In this document: piece by piece, positions 49,856-62,633 of the stretch
Layout of the letters: each line of letters starts with the position of its first letter
Position numbering within the stretch: the first letter of the stretch is position 1
Assembly: GCA_043228905.1 (NCBI GenBank)
Contig: JBHGNT010000005.1
Coordinates: forward strand, 9,052,001 to 9,116,000
Reading direction: 5' to 3'
DNA from: Azolla caroliniana
Taxonomy: Eukaryota > Plantae > Polypodiophyta
Length of the DNA stretch: 64,000 bases
The notes under the pieces: model-generated
Told to the model about the DNA's origin: nothing
Database searches by the model: none
Seen by the model: the letters and a program-made list of their open reading frames with translations, nothing else
Translations under genes and position numbers: made by a program

Positions 49856-51887
49856 AGCCAGAGGCAGAGGAAGAGCAGGTGAGTTATATGTTATATGGAC
49901 GGACTGTGCTACAGGAACCCGCAGCCCAAACAAAATACATATACATAAAGGGAAGGGAAGGGAAGGGAAGGGGTGGGCTTTGGTCGGGTGGGGATGGGGA
50001 TGGGGATGGGCACCACGTGGACACATACACTTCCAAGTGAAAATGGAAATAAATAAAGCCTTAAGCCTTTTCCTTTCCACATTTTTAAGATATTATTGCC
50101 GGTGCCACAAACAATTCCAACCCACATTCCCACTCATAAATCTCCACTTCTGGCTTTTGCTTTTGCTCCCAGGCGCCTACTCTGACCTCCAATGCCAGTG
50201 GGTTGGGTTGAGTCACGTCGCGTCGGGTCGGGTGGGTCATGCCTCGGTCCATCATGTCTCCATTATCGCTCCGCAGGGCCCCTCCTACCTGCCCAGTCAA
50301 GAGTGAGTCTCGCCCATGCTTCCCTTTTCCAGAGAGCTTTGCTCGGTCCTCGGTTCACTGATTGGATCGCTTCCCAGCCACATGACCCAGCATTTCAATG
50401 CCAACATCTGTTGCCTATTTTTTTTTATCCCACAATTACACCTACGTTTCTTTTCTTTCCTTGCCCTCAAATCTCGTGCTTCTTCCGCCCATTGCCCCCC
50501 CCCCCCCCCCCAACCCTCTACCACGTGTTTTCTGATGGATGGTACTTTTGGCAACTTGTCAACGATCCTCTTTATGTTTTGTGAAGGTTTTTTGTATTTC
50601 TTGCCGCTTTTATTCCACTATCCTTTGTACTTCCATCTAAATTAGGTAGGCCACACCATGAAAACAAGAAGTCAATATTTTTTTGAGTATGTTAACATCT
50701 CCAAAAAGGCTACGTGGCATATGAGCCTAGAACAATATATATCATATAACTTGTTCTCCTTTTGACACCAAAATCAATATACCGCATATATATTGTTCAC
50801 TTTTTGAGACTAAGACAAATATACATTGCATATCTTATTCACTTTGTGAGACCAAAACAATATACATCGTCTAACTTGTGGGCTTGTTGAGGATGAAACA
50901 TGAAATAGAGATAGCAAGAAAAATTCAATCACATTGCGGTGTTGCCAATTAATTACACATGATGTGACCTTCTTATTAAGCACATTATTACCTTTTCACA
51001 AAACAATGTGATTGAATTTAGCTTTGTCTCTCTTTCATGTTTCAATGTCAAGAAGTCCACAAGTTATATGATGTATATATTCACATATTACTAAGTTTCT
51101 AGCTTATCCATCTCACCATCTAGAACCTTGAAGGCTCCACACATTCATGCATAGATTCAACACATATTCAATTGACAACAAACAACGATCTTAAAGTTAT
51201 CCCATTAGATATCGTGTCTCGATTCAAGCCTCTATTGTTTCCTAATTATTGCGCTTAACTCTAATATTTCCGAATTATTTCCCTTATATAATGTTGGTGG
51301 ATAGTGCATCTCAATCTTTTCACAATGGTTGTTGTCATGAGAATTTGTGCATGTGTGTGAAATATTGAGTGGGAGTACCAAGGACTTGAAATACAGAAGA
51401 TGACTTGTAGATGAGTTAACAATTGGGATGTCACTTTTTTAGTCATCTTCAAGTTGCGCTTCTTATCATGATTCACGTGGGACTCCTTGCGCATGTGTTT
51501 TTGTCGGTATGAGACACATGAATGCACTTATGGGATTTTGTGTACATGTGTACATGTGTGCATGAAATAAGTTGCGTATATCAAGGGGTGTATGCAGGTA
51601 TCAAGTTCAGTAAGATTTGAAAAAAGTTATTTTCTTGTGTTAATAATTAGGTAATTAACTAAGAGTTAATTAGTATCTAAATATGTGAGTAGTTAATCGT
51701 GTATGTGATTAAGCAACGAAAGACTATGTGATATGTATGTGTGAATGTGTATGCATGTGAGAGAAATCGGAAGTTACACGTATGAACAAAATGGGGGATG
51801 ATTAACAAGAGTATAGCTTAAAGACCTTTTTCTATATTGATAACTTATAAACATCGTCTTACAAAAATACCCATAACGAGGTATATA

Positions 51888-53311
51888 CAATAGACATTCG
51901 GTTAAGTGCGTGCCCACTTAAATGTGCCATTCTATTAAGTGCGCTTTGTATAGAGGTCAAAATAGAGATCATAAAAATTTCATTGTTTCATGATGAAATT
52001 ACATAAAACCAAATTGAAACTATATTCTAAACATTCAAAAAACAACAAAATGATCAACATTCAATAAAATTGATGTTGTGAACCACAAAATGAATTGAAC
52101 TTAGATCTTGCATTCCTACCATTGCACAAGTTGGGTGAGGGTCAATGAAGCGAAAACTATCGATTGGTTAATCAATTAATAGCTCATTATGTGGACTCAT
52201 ATTAGGGGAAAGCTATTAATTGATTAATCGCTCATTATATGAGCTCACATAAAGGCAAAACTATTAATCGATTAATAGCTCATTATGTGGACTCACATTA
52301 GGGAAAGCCATTAATCGATTAATAGCTCATTATGTGGACTTACATTAGGGGAAAGCTATTAATCGATTAATAGCTCATTATGTGAACTCACATAAAGGAA
52401 AACCTATCAATCGATTAATAGCTCATTATGTGGACTCACATTAGGGGAAAGTTATTAATTGATTAATAGTTCATTATGTGGATTCACATTAGGGGAAAAC
52501 TATAAATTGATTAATAGTTTTTCCTTTATGTGAGTTCACAGAAAAGAAAAACTATTAATCAATTAATAGCTCATTATGTGGACTCACATGAAAGGAAATA
52601 TATTAATCGATTAATAGCTAGTTATGTGGACTTACATAAAGGAAAAACTATTAATCAATTAAAAGCTCATTATGTGGACTCACATTAGGGGAAAGCTATT
52701 AATTGATTGATAGTTTTTCTTTTATGTGAGTTCACATAAAAGAAAAACTACTAATCGATTAATAGCTCATTATGTGGACTCACATGAAGGGAAAGCTATT
52801 AATCGATTAATAGCTCGTTATGTGGACTCACATAAAAGAAAAACTATTAATCGATTGATAGCTCTCTACTCTTAGGTATTTTTGTAGCACTATCTCAACC
52901 AAGTATGTGGATCGTTTCTCCTAAACCACATGCCACAATTTAAACTAACGACATCACGCACAATCTCTAAACAATTACCATCTAAAATACGTAGAGAATC
53001 AGGCCATCTAAACTATCCACAAGACCTCCCTTCTCTTTAGAATCTTTCTCTCGTATTCATAGCATAGACACAAAAAAATAGACATCAGAAAGAAACGTGG
53101 TGAGTGACATGGATTGCAGCAGCGTGGGAGCGATTATAGCAGCAAGGAGGGCCTCAACGATGGCTGTTGGGGTTGGGTTTCCTCAAAATTAGAACAAGAA
53201 AGAAAAAATTGGGTTTTTTTATTATTACTAAAAAAGCCCTAAATGCGCAGCTCGGTTAAGTGCGCACCTTTTCCTTGCGTTCAAAGTGCGCACTTAACCG
53301 AATGTCTATTG
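51888..53311. mobile_element. Non-autonomous Tc1/mariner-type element, 1424 bp
   Basis: 23-bp perfect TIRs CAATAGACATTCGGTTAAGTGCG flanked by TA on both sides; an internal copy of CGGTTAAGTGCG near the right end. Confidence 0.85.
52153..52865. repeat. Palindromic minisatellite of about 48-bp units (about 15 units)
   Basis: Unit about AAAGCTATTAATCGATTAATAGCTCATTATGTGGACTCACATTAGGGG. Confidence 0.9.
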
Positions 53312-54269
53312 TATGTACATCTCATGTGCAAGGGTGCACATGTACGAGGAGAATATAGGTATAAGGGTGTAAGTCCTATATTAAATGAACTTGGTAGTGG
53401 GGAATCTAGGATGTATCCCACTTAAATACAAGGAACAAAATCCTATTTAAGACTTTATAGTAAACACTTCTAACTAGATTATATTTATGTAACTACTAAG
53501 TTATATGGTTGACTAAATGACAAAATCTAGTTGAGCTTGATGTCTTAACATCTTACAAGGTGATATCAAAAGCACATACCTCCATGCTTACACACTTAAA
53601 TAATAACCCATGTGTGCTTGTTGATATGTGTTCTCAAGAGCACATTAGTGCTAATGTACATATTTGTGTTTCTTGATATGTGCTCTCAAGAGCACATTCT
53701 TATGAATGTGCGTATGTATAGGTGTGTGTGTATGTTTTATGAATGGGTGTGGAGGGAGTATACTTTACAAATTCATATTTATGTATTTATATTCTATTGG
53801 AAAGGGAGGGTATATTGGGAACATAAAAATACGTCCCTCTAGTTGCGGGCAACGTTTCCTAATGATGGAGTGATTGTAAAAACAATGAGAAAAGGGTGTG
53901 AGTGTGTGTGATGCTTAGGTTTGGTAGCACAAGGTTGGAGGTTCAACATCTTGTGTCAAATTCAGATGATGTTGAGTTATAGTAGCAACTGTTGCGTCAT
54001 TGACAGAACAACTTATTGGCTTCTTCACTACAATAGAAAGGGACATTGTAGTGCCATACATACAAAATATGTTAGTCACGTTGTCTTGTTGGTCTCGCTC
54101 TCACTCACACTTACAAACAAAATAAGTTGGGTAAGTGCCATTAAATAAAAATTTAACATGTCCAAAAATGAGACAAAAATGATTGAAGTAATTTGGATAT
54201 TAAAAAGAAGTGCCATTACAAAAATTGGGAAAGAAAACAAAGACTATGTACATAACCTAGTGATCAATA

Positions 54270-55030
54270 TTGTGATGATTCAAGGATCATTTGATGATGA
54301 TTTCATTGTCTTTTGTTCTTGTTGTATAAACTAATTAATTAAAAAATTGGGGTAGGAAAACTAATAATATATACATAAGCTGGTGAATCTCACTATTGTG
54401 ATGATTCCTCATCACATCCTTATCACTATACGATGAGGGATCACCTGATGATGATTTATTTGTCTTTTGTCCCTGTTGTAATAAACTAATTAGTTAAATT
54501 AAATAAATAGAATTAAGATACATAAAATGAAAAAGTAATACATAACATGAAAAGGTGCACCTTATGAATCTCCCACAAATGGTTGGTTGGTTGTTGAGAG
54601 AACATTGAGACATTCAAAACAATACATTTTCTGTTTCTTTGCTCTTTCTCTCCCGCTCTCACAAATAGCTACCATAATCTCTTAGACAAATGGTCGGTTG
54701 GTTGTTTCACTATACGATGAGGAATCACTTGATGATGATTTATTCGTCTTTTGTCCCTGTTGTAATAAACTAATTAGTTAAAGTAAATAAATAGAATTAA
54801 GATATATAAAACGAAAAAGTAATACATAACATGACAAGTTTCACCTTATTAATCTCCCATAAATTGGTTGGTTGGTTGTTGAGAGAACATTGAGACATTC
54901 GATACAATACATTTTCTCTTTCTCTCCCGCTCTCACAAATAACTACCATAATCTCTTGGACAAATGGTCGATTGGTTGTTGAGAGAACATTGAGACATTC
55001 AATACAATAATTTTTCTCTTTCTCCCCTCT
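54270..55030. repeat. Tandem duplication of about 284-bp units with partial extra copies
   Basis: CACTATACGATGAGG at about 54424 and 54708; TGGTTGTTGAGAGAACATTGAGACATTC occurs three times. Confidence 0.8.
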
Positions 55031-55099
55031 CTCTTTTCATAAATGTATGTTTGTTATTAAAACAAGATGACAATACAACCTTTGCTATCTCCACTACAT

Positions 55100-57130
55100 A
55101 GTTAAACGGGTTTTCATTCGTGATGATAAAGCAATACTAGAGCCATCATATCAAGTTGTCTTTGATTACCTTAGGTAGTGGGGGTTATGATTTAACTAGA
55201 CCAATAGAAATGGGTTCTTGTTTGATGAACTTCTTGGGCCCAATTTTGTGATATAACCATCCAAATGGCTTTAGCAACCGGGCATGTAATGAACCTATGC
55301 TTGGCATCTTTGTCAACCTCTATACAAAAAACACATGCCTGATTCAAAATTCGAAATATGTCTTCATTTTAAAGCCATTGCCAAAGGCAACTCACAGATC
55401 ATTGCATGCCAAAGAAACGCCTTTGCACGAAATGGAAGGTGAAACTACCATCTTGCATAGAAAACTTGACGCCACCACTTTCCATGTCGAGTGTACCATG
55501 TATCCAAAACCTTATTTGCAAACCAAGCTCTATCTTCAACCAACATATGGTATACATCATTAGTATGCACCACAAATATCGATTTTCCAATACAAAATGA
55601 CCAACCTTTCCATGGTTCCTCAACCGCCAACTCTAGAATTGGGAAAACCAGACTAGGTGATGCCAATATTGACTGCCAAATATACCCATTTCCATGTGGC
55701 ATAGATTGATCCATGTGTGAAATTCGTGATATTCGAGAATGAAAAATGGCCCAAGAATATTATAAAACAATTCGTTTTAAATTATATAATAAAAATGATT
55801 TAATTCATTAAAACAATTAATTCCCTAAAACATTAATTCACTCACTAAGACAATAGTTCATTTACTAATAAATTAATAATTAATTAATTCACTAATAATT
55901 AATTAGTTCATTAATATAATAATTAATCTACTAAAACTTTAATCAATTTACTAATAATTAACTAATTCAATTAAACATTAATTAATTCACTAATACATTA
56001 ATTAATTTACGAATACATTACATAATTCATTGAAAAATATTAATTAATTTATTAATAATTAATTAATACATTAATAATTAATTAATACATTAATAATTAA
56101 TTAATACATTAATAATTAATTAATACATTAATAATTCATTAATTAGGGTTTTCAACTAAACTTAGGGTTTTAGTGAAACCCTGAGTTTGCAGTTGAGAAC
56201 AAGATGTAGAATTAGCATAGAGCATGAGAGGGAGGTGAGGATGCAGGCCGAAAAGAAGAAATATGGTCAAAATTAGGATTTTGACTGAAATTAGGGTTTC
56301 AATCGAACCCCTAATTTTCTGGCTGAGAACAATATGTAGTGGGAGGCGAGGGTGTAAGCACATATAGGGAATAGGGTGAGGCTCCTCTCTTGTTGCTTGC
56401 TATTCACTCGCTCACATAATTTTTTTTCCAAAGAAAACGAATACATTTCGAAATTAGGATTTTGACTAAAATTAGGGTTTCAGCCGAACCCCTAATTTTT
56501 TGGCTGAGAACAAGATGCAGTGGGAGGTGAGGGTGTAAGCACGCATAGGGAATAGGGTGAGGCTCCTCTCTTGTTGCTTGCTATTCACTCGCTCGCATAA
56601 ATTTTTTTCCAAAGAAAACGAATACATTTACATGTATTCATATTTGCATTCGTATGCATTCGTGGGCTTGCAAGCCCCCCGAATGCGAACATGTCAATCT
56701 ATTCTATGTGGTATATGAAACCTATTTTTGACTGCCCAAAAAGGCCACAATTTTCCTACTTGACTCTAAGATAGTATCTTCCATAGTTACCAAGCCCAAC
56801 TTTGAGTTTAGACTTTCTTTTCCATCCCAATGTAATATCCTTGATGCCGCAAACACCTCTGCTACCAAAAAATTATTATCTTTTCTGCACTTAGGGGTCC
56901 TCCAATTAAACAACTTCAAACATTGTTGTCAAGAAAACACTAATTGTTGAACCATAATAGATTTTGAACATTTAAATGAATGAGTAATATTAACAACATG
57001 CCACCATGAGGCTATAATTCTCATTTTCCCATGGTATATACCAACCTTTTCCACAAAATAACCAATTATTTCTACTCAAGGTTGGGTACCTATGCACATA
57101 CCTTTTAAAAGATTGGATATTTAAGCCACC
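55100..57130 (-). pseudogene. Highly degenerate LINE ORF2 3' fragment, split by a hAT element
   Basis: The minus strand around 55250-55345 encodes CVFCIEVDKDAKHRFITCPVAKAIW, resembling the LINE C-terminal zinc-binding motif. Outer limits are approximate. Confidence 0.5.
55700..56703. mobile_element. Non-autonomous hAT-like element, 1004 bp
   Basis: TIR CATAGATTGA / TCAATCTATT; 8-bp TSD CCATGTGG/CTATGTGG; internal AT-rich minisatellite and an about 180-bp duplication (56270-56630). Confidence 0.7.
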
Positions 57131-57134
57131 ATAT

Positions 57135-57790
57135 TGTCGAATGAGGTAACATAATGGACATATTTAGATTACCCCATTGGACAAACTAGATTAGACTATT
57201 TTTGTAAATAGCATAAAGGGCATTTCCCTAGTTCGGTTAGTATATAACCGACTTTGTAACTAGTTTGTATGATGTTGTAACTGCCATTTTCTTGAATAAT
57301 ACAGTTTGTCTTTGTGCCTCTTAGTTTCCCTCTCTCATTCTCTCATTTGTTGCAAGTTTTCTTTGTTACATATATGTTCTCTGTCTCTTTCATCTACTTG
57401 TAGTCCATTACCATACAACACTGTGTTGTGATCATCTATTCATAAACGACCCATCTCCAACAATTGGTATTAGAGCTCGAGGTTCATGTTGCTATTCGTC
57501 TTTTGGCTCTGCAACATTAGCACTTCAGCTTACTTGTTAAAGACTTCAAAATGGTTGGATCTCTAGAACAGAACCCCCAAAGTTTTCAAGATTGAAATCT
57601 TCGGCTAGATCGTATTTCACTTCGGCTCGATCATATTTCACTTTGGCTAGATCGTATTTCAGGTAAATAAGATGGTCGTACCTCCCCTTCGATCATAGTC
57701 ACTTCGATCAAAACGTGGAATCAACTGACTTGTATTTTAAATGGCCTCTACATCCGGCTCGTCATAGATGAGCCTTCGAAAGTTCGACGA
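57135..57790 (+). mobile_element. Degenerate Copia 5' LTR, PBS and leader, interrupted by Gypsy K
   Basis: CCAACA end at 57462, followed by TGGTATTAGAGC (iMet PBS-like) at 57465-57476. The LTR start is uncertain. Confidence 0.5.
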
Positions 57791-60700
57791 TGTCGTGACT
57801 TGTGAGAAAGAGAGAGAGAAAGTAGAAAAAAGATGAAGATAGAATGTAGAGAGAGAGAGGCAGTGGAAATGAGTTTATATTATAAAAGAACAATGGTTAC
57901 AAAAGTAGTCTAAGGGGCTAAAGATTGGTGTTGAACTGAATGAGTTGTGATAAATGTATGGACACCTATTTATAGGTACTTATGGAGTATTCTAGAATGT
58001 TCTAGAATATTTTAGATATTTAAGATAATCATGAAATATTCTAGAATGTTCTAGAATACTCTAAATATCTTGTAATAATTAATAATATAGTTATTATGTT
58101 ATATAATGGTTAAAGGTTTACACAAACTAAGAAGTTGTGGGTTCGAATCCTTGTAAGCCAAAATGTTTGTCTTCATGACATTATCCCCACTTTTCAACAA
58201 TGAGTTCCACGAGTCAGAAGATAAGAGTTCGGACTTGGCTTATGGGGATATTTGTTGTGAAATGTAGCAACCATGTCGGAGGCATTAACAAGATGCTCAA
58301 TAGGCTCCCATGTTCGATCATTAGGCGTATAACCTAACTAGTCAACCAAATAATATAGTTTGTTGCAGACGATATTGGAGTTGAGAATGGCAGCAACGTC
58401 ATATTCAAAGCCATTAGAAACTTCGATTGGGGGTGGGGGAGATGTAAGACGACCCGAAATAGAGCTTGTTGTGTAGGGCTCCAAAAGTGAAACATGGAAG
58501 ACTGGGTGAAGGTGCATATGAGGAGGAAGATCAAGGTGAAATGCCACATCATTGATCTTACTAAAGATCACATATGGGTCAAAACGTTGATAACCCATTT
58601 TGTAGCAAGGTCCAGTGGTTTTAATGCTACCTTGTAAGAGATAGACTCGATCTCCTACTTGAAACATAGTTGATGAATCATGTCGATGATGGTTGACAAC
58701 CTTCTTTTGAGTGTTTTGAGCATCACATAAATGGTGCGAAAGTATATCCTGGATTTCTTGGAGCTGGGTGAGCCGATCTTCAGCAACTGGGTTTGTCGGG
58801 AGTTCGGGATGTTCAAGCATCGTCCAATGAGGATGGTACCCAATGTTCGCAAAAAATGGGAAATATCTAGTAGAAGAATGTTTTGAGTTGTTAGCAAATT
58901 CCACCAAATGTAATAGATCAACTCAATCGTCTTGTTGATAGTTGACAAAACAATGAAGATATTGCACGACTTTTTGGTTGGTGCACTCACTCTGCCCGTT
59001 AGTTTCTAGATGATAGCCAGAAGAGAGTTTGCAAGAAGTATGTAAGAGTTTGAACATGTACCGCCAAGATTTTGAGATGAACTAGGGACCCCAATCATTG
59101 ATAATATCATCTGGAAGACCATGATATCGAAATACCTCCCGCATGAGTAAATCAACTGTCTCTTGGCTAGTAATGAAATTCATGCATGGAAGAAAATGTG
59201 CCATCTTCGTAAAACAATCTACTACCGTGAGAATAGAATCAAAACCCTTGGAAGGTGGAAGATCCGTAATGAAATCCAAGGAAATAGATTTCCATGGGAT
59301 CTCAGGAATAGGCATTGGTTGTAATAAGCCATATGGATGACGTCGAGGATTTTTTGATCGGCAACATGTATCACAACTATGAACATAATCCGTAACAAAA
59401 TGGCGAAGTCGTGGCCACTAATATCCGCGAGAAATTAACTCGAAAGTCTTGTGGATGCCAAAATGTCCAGCCATTGGTGTGTCATGGAAGTGTTGCAAGC
59501 CTTGTAATCGTGGAGAACCATCAGGAACATACAATAGGTTTTTTCGAAACAATAAACCACCATGCCAATGGAATTGATTATAGTCATTATGAGGGTTTTT
59601 CGACTGCAAGGAAGAAGCACAATCTAGGACGATATGATCCAAAAAATCTTTGACGAATTCATTAAACACCATATGATCTCAAATGTCATCAAGAATACTG
59701 GAATCTCTAGGTGTTTTTACAACATTAGATGCCATTAACCATAGACGATCAGGACCCAAAAGGATTTGTTTTTGATGCTCAAATGCTGGTTCTCTTGGAC
59801 GAAGTTCCATATAAGAACGTTGAGAAAGAGCATCTGTTTGTCCTTGTTGCATCCTAGGGCGATATATGATTACAAAGTCGAAGTGAGTAAAAAATTGCGC
59901 CCGATGAGCTTGTCGTCGATTCAAGACTCAAGCATCTTGGAAATATGTCAAGTTCTTATGATCGTTGTAGACAACAATCTTCTGGGAAGAACCTTCTAGA
60001 AAATGTCGCCACTGTTGAAAAGAATCCACAATTGCGAGAAGTTCTTTGTCATGGATCTCGTAGTTGATCTCTGCAGCTTCAAAATTTTAAGTATGGAAGG
60101 CAACATGGTGTAACTATCCGTCATCTCCAGTCTACAATAGAACACTCCCTAGTGCAAAGTCGGATGCATCAACTTCAAGGATGAAGCGTTTTGTTGGGTT
60201 GACATGTGCCAAAATAGGCGCCATCGTAAATGCTCGCTTTAAAATTTCAAATGCCTTGGTTGCATTTGATCTCCATATAAATGGTTGATTTTTGTGTGTG
60301 AGTTGAGTGAGTGGAAGCACGACCTTGGAATAATTTTTAATAAATTTCAGGTAAAAAATTTGCCAAGCCGAGAAAACATTGCACATCACACACTGAAAGG
60401 GGAGTCTGCCAATCTAAAATTGTTTGAATCTTTGTGGGGTCCATAGAGATATCATCTAATGATACAACATACCCCCAAAGTTCCACTTGATTCTGTCCGA
60501 AACTGCACTTTTCTAATTTTGCATAGAGACCATACTCTTATAGTCGACATAGTACCTGACAAACATGTGTATCATGCTCCTCTTGGGTCTTTGAGTAGAT
60601 CCAAATATCATCTAGGTAAATTATAATGAAGATATCGAGAAAATCTCGAAAAATATCATTCGCCATATGCTGAAAAATTGCAGGTGCATTCGTGAGACTG

Positions 60701-62332
60701 AATGACATCACAGTGTCGCGAAAATACGACGAGGACACGTGAACTTGAGGCAGGACCCCAGGGCCTCCGATCGGAGGATATTAGATTCGTATGTTTATAT
60801 TAAAGAATTAATGCAAAATGAGAAAGATCCACAAATTTCATTTATAAAGGGAAAGAAAGATTACAATCAATCCCAAGATTGGGATTACAAAAGTTTTAAC
60901 TTATGGAGATTACTAGAGTAATAGATTAGAAGAAACTAAGATACAGATTCAATAGGAAAATTAGGTTTTACGGCTTCCATTAGAGATTATGGTTTATGAG
61001 TGATATCTTCGTTGAGAAAATTAGGGTTTTTTAGTTTTGACAAGAAATTAGGGTTTTTGAGTTGAATAAGAAATTAGGGTTTATGAGAGATATGGCTTCC
61101 GTCGGGAAAATTAGGTGTTTTTTAGTGTTCTAGCTTCGATAAGATAAGGGAACTAAGAAGGAAAAGAAAATAAAAATGGAGAGAGGATGAGTGTAGGAAA
61201 AAAAATGGAATATATATGGAGTTCTCCGTTGATCATAGCCTTCAATGTTACTTTGCATGCCCACTTTTAGTTGCATGGCCTCTACTTTTAGTTGCATGCC
61301 TTTTTCTTTTAGTTGCATGCGACCGTCCACATGGCCTTTACTTTAGTTTTCTTTACTTTACTTTAATTCGCCGCATGATCCAATAATCCGTAAAGTTTAG
61401 CCCATGCTTTGATCCGTCCGGTCTACGTCTGTCCAGTCCGGTTCTAGTTATGTCACTGTCCGGTTCCGGTTCGATCCCCGGTTCCATCCGGTTGCCGGCT
61501 CCGTCTGGTCTCCGGTTGCCGAATCCATCCAGTCACCGGTTGCCGGATCCATTCAGTCGCCGGCTCCGTTCGGTTCAGTTTCGGTTCAGTCGTCGTCCGG
61601 TTGTCGGCTCCGCCCGGTCGCCGGTTGCTGGATCCGCCTGGTCTCCGATTGCTGAATCCATCCGGTTATCGGTTGCCAGATCCGTCTAGTCACCGACTCC
61701 GTCCGGTTTCCGGTTGCCGGATCCATCCGGTCGCCGGTTGTCGGCTTTGCCCGGTAACCGGGTTGTACACCAGTTCCATCCAGTAGCCGGCTCCATCCGG
61801 TTTTCGGTACTATCACGAAACCAGTTTGAGTTCCTTCACCGACCGGTTTGAGTTCCATCACCGACCGGTTCGAGCAAGTTAGCCACATCCAACGACTTAG
61901 CCACATCTGTCCTTCTAGACAAAAGTGGCCCAAGCCCAACTATTTATTTTGTGCTCTTAACACATAGATGAAAAATGATGGTTCTCAATCTGCTTATATA
62001 GCTGGCTCCTAAAGTTTCCTATCTATATGGGATACTTCAAAATTCTATTTTCCATATCTTCTCAAACTTCATGTCCACCTAACTTGATATGTAGTTGTCC
62101 ATTTTATATGTAGTAAAATGCGTTTTGAAGCTCTTGAGTACATCCATATTTCTATAACAAGCCACTAATCTAATCTAAAATAATTATTTCATTATTATTA
62201 TTTTACATAGTGTGTGAAGATTCACACGACAACGGTATACTCAAAATGTCCATAGCGAGTGCGAAAAGCAGTCTTCTTGAATCCAAACTAGATTATCTGC
62301 ACCGTGAAGGTCGAACTTCGTGGAACATTTTG
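57791..62332 (-). mobile_element. Gypsy chromovirus K (Tcn1-like), 3' part: RT, RH, INT, chromodomain and 3' LTR
   Basis: 3' LTR 57791-58180 with PPT from 58181; chromodomain FEYDVAAILNS..YYLVD; INT PWKSISLDFITDLP; RT YLDD. Interrupted by L and by Copia M. Confidence 0.88.
60714..62231 (-). mobile_element. Solo-LTR-like element L (TGTCG...CGACA family), 1518 bp, with a GC-rich CCGGTT/GGATCC array (about 61410-61870)
   Basis: Termini TGTCGCG/CACGACA; 4-bp TSD ACAG/ACGG. Removing it restores K's RT motif FEYTVM. Confidence 0.82.
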
Positions 62333-62585
62333 TGTTGGGAAATTGGTCCCTCCAAATGGGATCCAGCTATGAATGGAGAAGAACCAGTGAGAACCAGAAG
62401 AGATCCGAAAACTGGATCGGTGGACCCGGTGAGAACCGGAAGTGAAGACAGATTTGTAAATATGTCTTGAATAAGCCCATTGAGGCTATATTTGTAAATA
62501 GCCCTAAGTTCATTTAACTATAAATATGACTTAGGGCAATCACTTTAGGAGAGATTGTGTGCGTTGCATATTGTCGTAACTGTTG

Positions 62586-62633
<48 letters not shown>

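Noticed and set aside
49304-50080. 258-aa ORF as a separate gene
   Set aside because: It is TSB exon 1 plus read-through into upstream sequence and the intron-1 microsatellite.
52153-52865. CRISPR-like array of palindromic repeats
   Set aside because: The spacers are copies of each other, there are no cas genes, the context is eukaryotic, and the array lies inside a TA-flanked TIR element.
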